Sequence record: OP595146.1
Length of the DNA: 64,000 bases
Source of the DNA: Escherichia phage vB_EcoM_DE17
Direction: 5' to 3' (one strand)
A program made the translations under genes and the position numbers. Each line of letters opens with the position of its first letter. The stretch's first letter is position 1. Of the stretch, positions 9,171-17,908 are shown one piece after another. Below the pieces are notes generated by a model. The model made no database searches. It was not told where the DNA came from and saw nothing but the letters and a program-made list of their open reading frames with translations.

Positions 9171-9624
9171 AGAAACAGTTCGAAAAGCAATGCTTGACAA
9201 CTCAACTAAAGATGAAATGTACAAAGAAATTTGTGATAAGTTGAATTGCTCAAGACATGCTGCTAAGGTTCTTGTACATTGTTTTATCTGGGAATGCTCA
9301 GAAGCTTATATGCAGTACGTAGCGTTTGAGAGTTCTCACTTACTAGGTGATGTAGAAGCTGGTGAGAAGCTAAAAGAACCTGAGATGAAAACAGTCCCTA
9401 AAGTTGGAAATGTATACCTACTTAAAGATTTCAAGACTGGAAAGGTTGTTGCAAAAGGTGTAGTAGAGCATGTTTATGATGACGGTGAATACTTACTTAA
9501 AGTATTTGAGTATGATAGCCACCATACACACTTATGTGGGCTTACATTCTTTGTAACAAAAGAAGACCTCATTAAAAACAAAGACAACAAGTTTGCAGTC
9601 CCAGATTACCAAGTCTTACGATAA
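9160..9624 (+). CDS. hypothetical protein
   Basis: 154-aa ORF. Confidence 0.55.
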   Translation: MKVKETVRKAMLDNSTKDEMYKEICDKLNCSRHAAKVLVHCFIWECSEAYMQYVAFESSHLLGDVEAGEKLKEPEMKTVPKVGNVYLLKDFKTGKVVAKGVVEHVYDDGEYLLKVFEYDSHHTHLCGLTFFVTKEDLIKNKDNKFAVPDYQVLR

Positions 9625-10186
9625 TGGTGTGATAGCTATGGAAAAAGATAACTTAAAAGAAGTTGAAGGTAACTACCTAGTCCTTGATTGGGCTGATGTT
9701 CGGGAAGGACTCTCCGAAGAAAATTTTGACTGGTTCCAACAAATTATCTTTGCAGTACGGCATAACAGAGAAGTTGAAAATGGTAAAGAGCCACTTGAAG
9801 GAATCTTTGTAGAAAGGTCGTATCCGTTCTATGAAGACACTTTGCAGAAAGTTAAGATGTACTTTAGACAGAAGAACCGTAAAGTGGTCACTATGGTATC
9901 TCTTGGTGGACAGAGTATGTCTGTGATGGAAGATATCAATCCTAAGAGACCGAGTAAAGGTGTTTGTATAAAAATCTCAGGTCATGAAGAGTACATCTCA
10001 GTGGATGACTTTAGAGCATTCTGTAGTGGTTCTTGTGTCTTTAATGGTTTTCACTATGATATCCGAGTGTACCCAATCAAGGGTGATGATATCATGATGC
10101 AGGTATTCGATAATAACAATGGATTTACTCATTTTTATCAGACAACCAAGTCATCATTGAAAACAGTTCTGGAAACACTGATTTAA
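9593..10186 (+). CDS. hypothetical protein (true start may be the ATG at 9638)
   Basis: 197-aa ORF; last gene of the plus-strand block, followed by a terminator. Confidence 0.55.
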   Translation: MQSQITKSYDNGVIAMEKDNLKEVEGNYLVLDWADVREGLSEENFDWFQQIIFAVRHNREVENGKEPLEGIFVERSYPFYEDTLQKVKMYFRQKNRKVVTMVSLGGQSMSVMEDINPKRPSKGVCIKISGHEEYISVDDFRAFCSGSCVFNGFHYDIRVYPIKGDDIMMQVFDNNNGFTHFYQTTKSSLKTVLETLI

Positions 10187-10197
10187 AATATCTTAAG

Positions 10198-10226
10198 AGC
10201 CTCCTTAATTGGGGGCTTTTTAATTT
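10198..10226 (+). terminator. rho-independent terminator
   Basis: AGCCTCC-TTAATT-GGGGGCT hairpin (one G-U pair) followed by TTTTTAATTTTT. Confidence 0.5.
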
Positions 10227-10229
10227 TTA

Positions 10230-11785
10230 TAAAATTTATCGGTTGTCCCAACCTCTGGGTCACCATCATATGTGAATAAAAATATCTACCCTTCTTAACA
10301 ACCTCCTTAATCTTACTCTCTATATAGTTATATAGTACTATATAGTATCTTAGTATCTATCTAGTGGTCTTAATAGCCCCTCTGTATAGCCCTTCTAAAC
10401 ACTCTTCTAACAAGCCTTCTTAACAACCTATACAATCACATTAACCATCTCTCTATACCCTCTTAGAAGCTCCTATACACCTCTTAATCTCTAGGTTAGC
10501 TATGTTACCCTCTATAGGTGTTCACTAGGTATTACTAAGCCTCTATATAGACTGTTTTAACAAACTTAACAGGAATATCTTTACAGACCTTATCTCACAA
10601 GGTCTAACACGGTACTAACAAGGTATCTTATAAGCCTGTTTATGCCTGTATTTTTAAAAGACTGTCTAGGTAATTATTCAGAATTTTAAAATTTTTATAA
10701 AATAGGACTATCAAGTCGTTTTTTAGGGTCTTTGAAGGAACTGAAAAATATCTGTCTAGGATGTATATCTGCTTGGTAGCCCTTAACAGCTCCCTTACCA
10801 TCCCTTTGCAGAATTTTAAAATATCCTTAACAATCTCTTAATAGTTCTTACAACCTCTTAACATCTCTTCAGAGGTCTTAACAGATTCTTAACAGTTTTA
10901 ACAAGAGCTTAACAGTTTCTTAACAGTTGATACATAGGCTTTACAGAGTCTTAACAGATGACTAACAAGAGCTAACAAGTTAATTTTAAAGAGTTATTTT
11001 GTTAAGATAATTAACAAGTTCCTAACAAGTGTTTAACCTTTTTAACAAGCTATTAACATGGTCACAGTGGTTGTTTACAAACACAACTTATCTCTTTCTT
11101 ATCGTCCCCTTTCCCTCTTAGTGATTCTCTAAATAGCCCTCTTAAAAGCTCTCTATAGCCCCTTATAAGCTCTTTTAAGTCTCTTCCTAGTAATTACACC
11201 CCAACTATGTAGACACCTCTTTATAAGGCTTTACAGGAGCTTTTAAGGCTATGCTAAAGACTCTTACAAGGCTTTTACGTGGTCTTAACAGAGATTTAAC
11301 AAGGGGCTAACAAGTCTCTAACAAGCATAACTATGTAGGGATTGTTAAGAAATTGTTAAGAGAATGTTAAGGGGGCTAGCATTTACGTAACTTTATAGCC
11401 TCTTTTACGTAACTTTTAAGCCCCTATAACATACTTTTAAGACACTAACAAGCCCTTTTTAGATATTCACAAGATAACTAACGAGATGATAAAGCTTACA
11501 CCCTTATAAGATTCTTTTGAGGCTATAGGAAGCTTTATAAAGGGCTTTTTAGAGTGGGTTAATGCAATCCCTTAAGTTAGGTTGATAAGTCTGTTATAGG
11601 GCTTTATAGAGCGTTTAAATGGTTGCCCTTCCCTTTCGGGTTATGGGCTTTTATTTAAGTTGATTTGATAAGAGGTTATAGAGTAGACTATAGAGTTATT
11701 GTTTTTAAGGTACGAGATAGATTCTGTCGAATAAGTGGGATAGATTCTGGAAAGGAAAGGGATTGTATAGAGTCTATTACATAGA
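10230..11785. repeat. ORF-free, repeat-dense region with strand compositional skew
   Basis: No ORF of 60 aa or more in any frame across ~1.6 kb; plus strand pyrimidine-rich and G-poor around 10260-10560; many copies of CTTAACA(G/A), TAACAAG, CTTATAAG and CTTTTAAG, with inverted TTGTTAAG copies near 11340-11375. Confidence 0.7.
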
Positions 11786-11842
11786 CGTAAAAAAGCCCCT
11801 ATGAGAAAGGGGCTGTAAAGGTATCTGGGGCTATTTAGCCCC
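11786..11842 (-). terminator. tandem terminator hairpins closing the minus-strand small-gene array
   Basis: On the minus strand, GGGGCT-AAAT-AGCCCC then AGCCCCT-TTCTCAT-AGGGGCT followed by TTTTTT. Confidence 0.55.
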
Positions 11843-11852
11843 GTTGCGTCGA

Positions 11853-12101
11853 TTAGTTGTACCCTTGTTTGCTGTAGTACAGGGAGACAATCAAATCACC
11901 CCAATAATGGTAATGATGTTCATCGTTTAACGCCTCTTTTACTGCATCTTTCCAGAAGTCATCAGTAGGGTTATAATCTGGGATAACTTGCTTAATAACT
12001 GTCTTCACTAATGAAAAGCATTCATCAGTTCCACCAATATCAAATTTAACGTCCAGAGTGTAGCAGCCATAAGCATTAACAGTAGCGCGGATAGTAGCCA
12101 T
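11853..12101 (-). CDS. hypothetical small protein (array gene)
   Basis: 82-aa ORF preceded by the conserved cassette. Confidence 0.6.
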   Translation of the reverse strand: MATIRATVNAYGCYTLDVKFDIGGTDECFSLVKTVIKQVIPDYNPTDDFWKDAVKEALNDEHHYHYWGDLIVSLYYSKQGYN

Positions 12102-12166
12102 TTTTGAATCTCCTAGTTTAAGGTATTTATCTAGTGGGAGGTAATAACCTCCCGTTGATTAGTAAT
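12102..12166 (-). promoter_or_regulatory. intergenic cassette type A: hairpin plus conserved translation-initiation region
   Basis: Fills the 65 nt between the upstream stop and the ATG: GGGAGG-TAATAA-CCTCCC hairpin then the conserved ...TTAAACTAGGAGATTCAAAAATG. Confidence 0.6.
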
Positions 12167-12430
12167 TTACTGCATGTTGGCGTAGGTTGCAAGTCTTTTT
12201 TCGTTGTATTTTGTCAGAATCTCACAAGATAATACATCGTACTTTGTAATAGCGTTGCCTTTGTCGAGGTCAAAGAATCCGAATGCTTTACCGTCTTTGA
12301 ATCCGACAACTTCGTAAGATTCTTTAATGATTTCACCATTGAACAAATCACTTTCGATACGGTGGAATAGCGCTACATCCTCTTTGTCGGTTGCAATTTG
12401 TAAAAGTGTGGTCAGTTCGACGTGTTCCAT
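12167..12430 (-). CDS. hypothetical small protein (array gene)
   Basis: 87-aa ORF preceded by the conserved cassette. Confidence 0.6.
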   Translation of the reverse strand: MEHVELTTLLQIATDKEDVALFHRIESDLFNGEIIKESYEVVGFKDGKAFGFFDLDKGNAITKYDVLSCEILTKYNEKRLATYANMQ

Positions 12431-12491
12431 TTTGAATCTCCAGTTTAGGATTTTATTTAGTGGGGGAGGTCATCCCCCGTTGATTGACAAT
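12431..12491 (-). promoter_or_regulatory. intergenic cassette type A
   Basis: GGGGGA-TGACC-TCCCCC hairpin then CACTAAATAAAATCCTAAACTGGAGATTCAAAATG; nearly identical to the copy at 13023. Confidence 0.6.
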
Positions 12492-13022
12492 TTACAGACT
12501 TTTGATTGTCTCGTCAATATCTTTTTCAATTTCTCTTAAAGTTTTTTCTAAGTTCTTGATATTCAGCATTAACCCCTCTCCCAGTGTCTTAGCGTAACCA
12601 TTTGGGCGATGGTCATAAAGCTCGATTTCTTCCACTTCGTAAAGGCTGACATTGAAGCCCCCTACCCCGTAGGCTGTGGATGAAGTGCCTTCCGGTGCTT
12701 TGTAGTATTTATTGAGATTCTTTAAAGAGCGCTCGTAAGCCATACGATAACCGTTTAACACTGTTTTGGTGCAATCGCGTACACTTTCACACTGTGCCGC
12801 ATACTTTTCTAAGAACAGCGGGAGGAGTTCCGCTACCGCTTGCATGAAGTGACGAACAACGAAAGTAGACATATTACGGCGGTGAATGTAGAAAACACCC
12901 GTATCAGATTTAGTGATAGTTGCGAAATGTTCACCATTGCAACGGAATTCATAGGTATCTTTTACAGGCTTGGACATTACACGATTTGAACGAATGTAAT
13001 TGATTGCTTGAAACTTGTTCAT
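12492..13022 (-). CDS. hypothetical protein (array gene)
   Basis: 176-aa ORF preceded by the conserved cassette. Confidence 0.65.
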   Translation of the reverse strand: MNKFQAINYIRSNRVMSKPVKDTYEFRCNGEHFATITKSDTGVFYIHRRNMSTFVVRHFMQAVAELLPLFLEKYAAQCESVRDCTKTVLNGYRMAYERSLKNLNKYYKAPEGTSSTAYGVGGFNVSLYEVEEIELYDHRPNGYAKTLGEGLMLNIKNLEKTLREIEKDIDETIKSL

Positions 13023-13090
13023 TTTGAATCTCCAGTTTAGGATTTTATTTAGTGGGGGAAGTCATCCCCCGTTGATTAGTAATTTACTTG
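13023..13090 (-). promoter_or_regulatory. intergenic cassette type A
   Basis: Same hairpin plus initiation region; followed by ~150 nt of AT-rich spacer. Confidence 0.6.
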
Positions 13091-13238
13091 TTTTAATTTG
13101 TCTTTGCAAGCAATTTTTTAAGTTTATCTATAAAGAATCTTTTAAGTAAATCCCTTTTAGATAAACCCCCTCGAACAAATGTACTATTGTCAAGGGGTAT
13201 CGTCAAGTAATTTTTTAAAGTTTTTTATAAGTTATTGA

Positions 13239-13580
13239 TTAACTGATGAATATTTTTTCAGGTTTTACATAACTGATACGCTGGCTTTTTAGCAAGTCAT
13301 CCCAGATTAGCGCGGCAATGTGCCCATATCCGGCCTCACGTAACCCCTTCATCGTTTCAACTCGACTCTCAAAACGATTTGCGTAGTACTCGCTATTCAG
13401 TGTCGTTTTATTCCCTTCGTTATCTGTATGGATGATTTGCATTACCTGAAAGGGGCTTACATCCTCGCCTTTGTTCCACTGCTCAAAGTATTTTAGGCAC
13501 TGCATAGGTGACATCTTATCACTAACCTGAGTTGACCAAGATGAATTCTCTTTATCGGTAATTACAGTTACATAAGCCAT
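13239..13580 (-). CDS. hypothetical protein (array gene)
   Basis: 113-aa ORF preceded by the conserved cassette. Confidence 0.6.
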   Translation of the reverse strand: MAYVTVITDKENSSWSTQVSDKMSPMQCLKYFEQWNKGEDVSPFQVMQIIHTDNEGNKTTLNSEYYANRFESRVETMKGLREAGYGHIAALIWDDLLKSQRISYVKPEKIFIS

Positions 13581-13669
13581 TTTTGAATCTCCAGTTTAGG
13601 ACTTTGTTTAGTGGGGAAGTTCATTCCTTCCCCGTTGATTGACAATTTACAGATTTTTATCAGGCTTGT
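13581..13669 (-). promoter_or_regulatory. intergenic cassette type A variant
   Basis: GGGGAAG...CCTTCCCC hairpin plus the conserved initiation region. Confidence 0.55.
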
Positions 13670-13903
13670 CTAGTCTTTTTCAATGATAATTTCATATTGG
13701 CCGTCCACGCTGTCAAAATAGATACCGTCTTCATCTTCTGTCTTAAAGTAACATTGTATATCATCACTGGCGGGATAATCTTGCCTTGCTATCTGGCAAA
13801 CTTGAATAGCATTTTCTTTACTCCCTGTAAACTCCTCAAGCCCTTTAAAATCGCATGAATGACCGTTACAAATAGAAAGGATGAGATAAATGGTTGTCAA
13901 CAT
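13670..13903 (-). CDS. hypothetical small Cys-containing protein with hydrophobic N-terminus
   Basis: 77-aa ORF; N-terminal MLTTIYLILSICNGHSC looks like a signal peptide; a different hairpin (GCCCC-TACAA-GGGGC) lies upstream. Confidence 0.5.
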   Translation of the reverse strand: MLTTIYLILSICNGHSCDFKGLEEFTGSKENAIQVCQIARQDYPASDDIQCYFKTEDEDGIYFDSVDGQYEIIIEKD

Positions 13904-13969
13904 GATTTAAGCCCTCTAAAAGCCCCTACAAGGGGCTGATTAGTGTTTATAAGGTGATTGCATAGGTTT

Positions 13970-14512
13970 TTAGAAAAAGCTCTTTAAATCCTCTTCTGCA
14001 ATGTTTCCTGTCAGTGTATCCATGATGTCACAAAAAACCTGAATACTGTCTGACTGTTGAACACTTTTAGCGAGAAGCTCCAGAGACTCATCAAGACAGT
14101 TTAAATTTGGGTTATCCAGTGAAGGAAGACAAAAAGGTGAAAACATAGCGTTAAACTCTGTTGTATAGACCTTTTTAATCCAATTTACATCAAAGTACTC
14201 TGTAAAACTTGCTAAACTCGACATATTATCACAAGAATAATCATCATTTAGCTCATCCTCTGGAATATCGAGTTCTAAGATAACAATATTTTGGGTTTTC
14301 ATCTGGAAAGCTGCGGTGATAGTGGCATTTCCTAGAGCTTGTTGGATACCTTCTGATGCTATTTCTTCCTCATCGTCGCCATAGATTTTATTTTCTGGAT
14401 ACACGTAAAAATTGCCGTCCATATCCGAACAATTCCATGCGCCTGATGGTTTATCACCGTTATTAATCAGGTTGATGAAGTTTTCTTGAGTAGTTCCGTG
14501 ATAGCATTTCAT
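13970..14512 (-). CDS. strongly acidic hypothetical protein (array gene)
   Basis: 180 aa; D/E-rich runs (DDEEE, EDELNDD, EEDL) with few basic residues. Confidence 0.65.
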   Translation of the reverse strand: MKCYHGTTQENFINLINNGDKPSGAWNCSDMDGNFYVYPENKIYGDDEEEIASEGIQQALGNATITAAFQMKTQNIVILELDIPEDELNDDYSCDNMSSLASFTEYFDVNWIKKVYTTEFNAMFSPFCLPSLDNPNLNCLDESLELLAKSVQQSDSIQVFCDIMDTLTGNIAEEDLKSFF

Positions 14513-14597
14513 TTTTGAATCTCCAGTTTAGGATTTAGTGGTAAAGCTCTTTATCTGGGGCTTACTTTATCGAACTATAAGCCCCTTGTAAAGTACT
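14513..14597 (-). promoter_or_regulatory. intergenic cassette type B
   Basis: GGGGCTTA...TAAGCCCC hairpin plus the same initiation region; near-identical copies at 15308 and 17169, variant at 16790. Confidence 0.6.
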
Positions 14598-14801
14598 TTA
14601 ACGATTATTTTTGACAACTTTTAAAACTGCAAGATAACCTAAGCAATAAGAATCACCGAAGAGAGTTCTACCCATGAAAGAATCCTCTTTGATATCCTTT
14701 GCAGTGACAGTTTTTTCTACGCCGTGGGAAAGGACTACATCCCCAACTTTGATGTCTTTGATGTGTGTTGTTTCAATGGTTAAGCCGTTAATATTAGCCA
14801 T
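14598..14801 (-). CDS. hypothetical small protein (array gene)
   Basis: 67-aa ORF preceded by the cassette. Confidence 0.55.
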   Translation of the reverse strand: MANINGLTIETTHIKDIKVGDVVLSHGVEKTVTAKDIKEDSFMGRTLFGDSYCLGYLAVLKVVKNNR

Positions 14802-14878
14802 TTTAGAATCTCCTAGTTTAAGGATTTTACTTAGTGGGGAAGGTCATTCCCTCCCCGTTGATGAGTAATTTAATCTAT
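14802..14878 (-). promoter_or_regulatory. intergenic cassette type A
   Basis: GGGGAAGG...CCCTCCCC hairpin plus initiation region. Confidence 0.55.
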
Positions 14879-14902
14879 CTAGAAATCAATGTCAACAGTT
14901 TT

Positions 14903-15307
14903 TTAGAGTTCTGCGTAAATTGCGTCACAAATATCACGAAAATCATGATTTGTTAAATTACGTTGCAACCATGTTGCAAAAAAGTCAGCAATTGCAAAAT
15001 TTGCGTCATACTCGACAGATAGCCACACTTTCACGGCAAAACGAAACATTTTTAAATCAAGCTCTTTATTCATTACCTTTGATTTGCCTAACATGTCAGC
15101 CATTTCATATTGTGCACCGTCTAGCGTGATACCTGCTGCAACGTCAGCCAATGAGTTTTTTACACTTTCAACGTCTAAGATAACACTTTGAATCTTCCCG
15201 ATAATATTGTGCAATGTCTCATCAGGTGCTGATGATGTAATAACATTAATCCGGTTAACGGTTAAACGTGCTTTTAAGATTGATAACTCACGGTTATTAA
15301 TAGTCAT
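14903..15307 (-). CDS. hypothetical protein (array gene)
   Basis: 134-aa ORF preceded by the cassette. Confidence 0.6.
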   Translation of the reverse strand: MTINNRELSILKARLTVNRINVITSSAPDETLHNIIGKIQSVILDVESVKNSLADVAAGITLDGAQYEMADMLGKSKVMNKELDLKMFRFAVKVWLSVEYDANFAIADFFATWLQRNLTNHDFRDICDAIYAEL

Positions 15308-15392
15308 TTTAGAATCTCCAATTTAGGATTTAGTGGTAAAGCTCTTTATCTGGGGCTTACTTTATCGAACTATAAGCCCCTTGTAAAGTACT
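15308..15392 (-). promoter_or_regulatory. intergenic cassette type B
   Basis: Near-identical to the copy at 14513..14597. Confidence 0.6.
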
Positions 15393-15665
15393 TTATACTA
15401 AATGCAGCTTTTTACCTTTTACTATGATGTAACTTGATGCGCTATTGCCGCATACATCTTGATAAATTCTGCGCAAACGGCCTTCGTAGTGGACTTTCCA
15501 GCTAGTTGGAATCTTTTTCCCGTATCCGGTAGCAGTTTTTTGGAGTCCTGCTACTTGCCAATCTAAGATATGTTGCTCAGCTTGTAAATCTTCAAAGTGC
15601 ATCACACCATCAACATAGTGACGTAGAGTGACATTTAAAGTACGACCGTTGTTAGTAGTATACAT
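15393..15665 (-). CDS. hypothetical protein (array gene)
   Basis: 90-aa ORF preceded by the conserved initiation region. Confidence 0.55.
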   Translation of the reverse strand: MYTTNNGRTLNVTLRHYVDGVMHFEDLQAEQHILDWQVAGLQKTATGYGKKIPTSWKVHYEGRLRRIYQDVCGNSASSYIIVKGKKLHLV

Positions 15666-15688
15666 TTTTGAATCTCCTAGTTTAAGGC

Positions 15689-15847
15689 TTATTTTGACAG
15701 TTCACTAATTAAGACATCAAAGATTATATCATTATCTGCTACAGTTGCAACACCAGTGATATAATCAATTTCTAAGATAACAACAACTTTCGTACATAAA
15801 CCGTCATCTATATCATTCCAGACAACTTTATCACCTGCACAAAACAT
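15689..15847 (-). CDS. hypothetical small protein (52 aa, below the ORF-track cutoff)
   Basis: Hand-translated MFCAGDKVVWNDIDDGLCTKVVVILEIDYITGVATVADNDIIFDVLISELSK; has the same conserved initiation region at its 5' end and the cassette core follows its stop. Confidence 0.45.
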   Translation of the reverse strand: MFCAGDKVVWNDIDDGLCTKVVVILEIDYITGVATVADNDIIFDVLISELSK

Positions 15848-15920
15848 TTTTTGAGTCTCCTAGTTTAAGGACTTTACTTAGTGGGGAAGGTTATTCCCTC
15901 CCCGTTGATGTGTAATTTAG
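15848..15920 (-). promoter_or_regulatory. intergenic cassette type A
   Basis: GGGGAAGG...CCCTCCCC hairpin plus initiation region. Confidence 0.55.
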
Positions 15921-15938
15921 TCTATCTAAAAACCAGTG

Positions 15939-16271
15939 TCAACAGTTTTGTTTTCGTTTGCTCAATTCTTGAACAATTACAGCGTAGTAGTCTTTTAAGT
16001 CACTGATATTTAAAGCATTTATCAGAGAATTATAATCATCGACTAACTGGAAATCATCCTTGAAGATGTCACTTATCTGATAGGTTTTCGCTTTGAATCT
16101 GAAGCTCATCTCTAGCCGCTTTATTTGCTCATCACTGAGACGCCCTAGAAAGCTCTCTACAAGGTTATTGCTAACCTGCTGTGTGATTGCCTTATTTGCT
16201 AGATTATAGGCTTTATATGCCTTATATAGCGCTAAAATGGCAATGATTGCAGTGATACCAGTCATTAACAT
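15939..16271 (-). CDS. hypothetical membrane-anchored protein (array gene)
   Basis: 110 aa; hydrophobic N-terminus MLMTGITAIIAILALY; start overlaps the upstream gene (no cassette). Confidence 0.55.
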   Translation of the reverse strand: MLMTGITAIIAILALYKAYKAYNLANKAITQQVSNNLVESFLGRLSDEQIKRLEMSFRFKAKTYQISDIFKDDFQLVDDYNSLINALNISDLKDYYAVIVQELSKRKQNC

Positions 16272-16561
16272 GGTGTTTCCTCTTTACGTGATACTTTGCC
16301 ATTTACAGTTATCTCATAGGATTCTAATAAATCGCTTTTAGACTTTACAGGGCTTTTGAAAGTATCATCATAGATATTGACTTGTAATACAGGTTTTTTA
16401 TATTCCCTGCAACTATTCCATAAGCAAATCACTACACGACGGCCTTTGATTTTTCCGTGTAACCATTCCATAACATCATGACTATTCCTTGATGTCTCGA
16501 TAAAATCGATTTTGTTGAGTAACTTGCTTAAATTTTCACGGACTTTATTTGATAATTTCAT
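16265..16561 (-). CDS. hypothetical protein (array gene)
   Basis: 98-aa ORF; conserved initiation region overlaps the stop of the gene upstream. Confidence 0.55.
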   Translation of the reverse strand: MKLSNKVRENLSKLLNKIDFIETSRNSHDVMEWLHGKIKGRRVVICLWNSCREYKKPVLQVNIYDDTFKSPVKSKSDLLESYEITVNGKVSRKEETPC

Positions 16562-16576
16562 TTTTGAATCTCCAGT

Positions 16577-16789
16577 TTAGGATAAAATAGTAATCGTAAA
16601 ATTGTAATGACCATTAAGCTGATAAACATAACAGTTAGAGAATACACCAACTAACCGAGGTTTTCCATAAATTTTCATGCGCTCTTTAATCTCTTTGAGA
16701 GATTTCAAACCTGTAAGGTCTTTATTGAAATAGTCATCATCTGTGAATAGGACTTGTGAGGCGGTTTTCAGTTTTTGATTAATGTTCAT
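16577..16789 (-). CDS. hypothetical small protein (array gene)
   Basis: 70-aa ORF preceded by the cassette. Confidence 0.5.
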   Translation of the reverse strand: MNINQKLKTASQVLFTDDDYFNKDLTGLKSLKEIKERMKIYGKPRLVGVFSNCYVYQLNGHYNFTITILS

Positions 16790-16877
16790 TTTTGAATCTC
16801 CAGTTTAGGATTTAGTGGTAAAGCTCTTTATCTGGGGCTTAAGATACCAACTTTTAAGCCCCCTGTAAAGTACTTTA
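16790..16877 (-). promoter_or_regulatory. intergenic cassette type B variant
   Basis: GGGGCTTAA...TTAAGCCCC hairpin plus initiation region. Confidence 0.55.
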
Positions 16878-17168
16878 TCAGTTAATTTTCAGCTTTGCAT
16901 GACCTCTCATTGTACGAATGGGGGATGTTAAGGCTACGCGTCTAATATATGCCTTTTTCGTGTGTACATTTGCCTTCCCGATAGTGTTTACACATGTAAA
17001 AAGGTTTATTGGTGAATTTTTTAACTTCAACTGTCTATCAGTCTTCACGCCCCATCTTACAGCAGATTGTTTTCCGTTGTCAACCACTTTCCCGCCTAAC
17101 TTTTTCGCCATAATACGAGCGTCATCACGAGTTTTTGCAGGAATTACAACGTTTTTGATAATAGCCAT
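16878..17168 (-). CDS. hypothetical basic protein (array gene; start set by cassette)
   Basis: The track ORF extends 5 codons into the cassette; the ATG at 17166-17168 sits at the conserved position (MAIIKNVVIPAKTRDDARIMAKKLGG...). Confidence 0.55.
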   Translation of the reverse strand: MAIIKNVVIPAKTRDDARIMAKKLGGKVVDNGKQSAVRWGVKTDRQLKLKNSPINLFTCVNTIGKANVHTKKAYIRRVALTSPIRTMRGHAKLKIN

Positions 17169-17256
17169 TTTTAAGTTCTCCAATTTAGGATTTAGTGGTA
17201 AAGCTCTTTATCTGGGGCTTACTTTATCGAACTATAAGCCCCTTGTAAAGTACTTT
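17169..17256 (-). promoter_or_regulatory. intergenic cassette type B
   Basis: Near-identical to copies at 14513 and 15308. Confidence 0.6.
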
Positions 17257-17637
17257 TTATTTAATTTTGAAGATTGTCACGTAGCCATCACTGCCGATGA
17301 TTTGTGATACCCCAGCTTTTTCTACTTGATAGCCCATATTTTCCAGATGATAGATAGCATCGTCATAACCATATGCACCGCCCTGATAACGTCGCTTATC
17401 ACATCTTACTAAAACCTTTCCACGTCCTGCCAGTGCATTTAGTACAGCTTTTTCACTTGATAGCGTACCATCTATCATGGTTGCCGTGTAATGGTTGATT
17501 TTATTCCCGTTGATATCATACTTGAAATTGAACGAGTGAACAACGATAACGTTACCTTTAAAATTCTCATCAAGTGACTTCTCCAGTGCGTTGCGAAAGT
17601 TGTCTTTATTGATGAATTTAGGTGCACGGTATGCCAT
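17257..17637 (-). CDS. hypothetical protein (first gene of the array)
   Basis: 126-aa ORF preceded by a cassette. Confidence 0.6.
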   Translation of the reverse strand: MAYRAPKFINKDNFRNALEKSLDENFKGNVIVVHSFNFKYDINGNKINHYTATMIDGTLSSEKAVLNALAGRGKVLVRCDKRRYQGGAYGYDDAIYHLENMGYQVEKAGVSQIIGSDGYVTIFKIK

Positions 17638-17705
17638 TTTAGAATCTCCTAGTTTAAGGTTAGTTATTTAGTGGGGAAGGTTATTCCCTCTCCGTTGATG
17701 CAAAT
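17638..17705 (-). promoter_or_regulatory. intergenic cassette type A (most upstream copy)
   Basis: GGGGAAGG...CCCTCTCC hairpin plus initiation region, at the head of the array. Confidence 0.55.
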
Positions 17706-17853
17706 ATTAGATAACCATAGCCAAAGAGTCAAGAAAAATTTTAAAAATATTTTTGAAAAAACTGTAATGGAACGGGCGCACGCGACTACCACAAAACAGA
17801 ACTACAATCAAGAATTATTTTTCAATCCGCTACAAATTTTTCTCTTGACTTTT

Positions 17854-17884
17854 GGGGAGAGGGGGAGTAAGAGGGGAAGAGGGG
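17854..17884 (+). other. G-quadruplex-forming motif (four G4-5 runs)
   Basis: GGGGAGAGGGGGAGTAAGAGGGGAAGAGGGG on the plus strand, in otherwise AT-rich intergenic DNA. Confidence 0.5.
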
Positions 17885-17908
17885 CTTGGCTGGCTATCTA
17901 TAAAAACC

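Noticed and set aside
10230-11785. Hidden protein-coding gene with non-ATG start or a frameshift in the repeat region
   Set aside because: All six frames are interrupted by frequent stops because the repeats contain TAA/TAG, and the pyrimidine skew is unlike the surrounding coding DNA.
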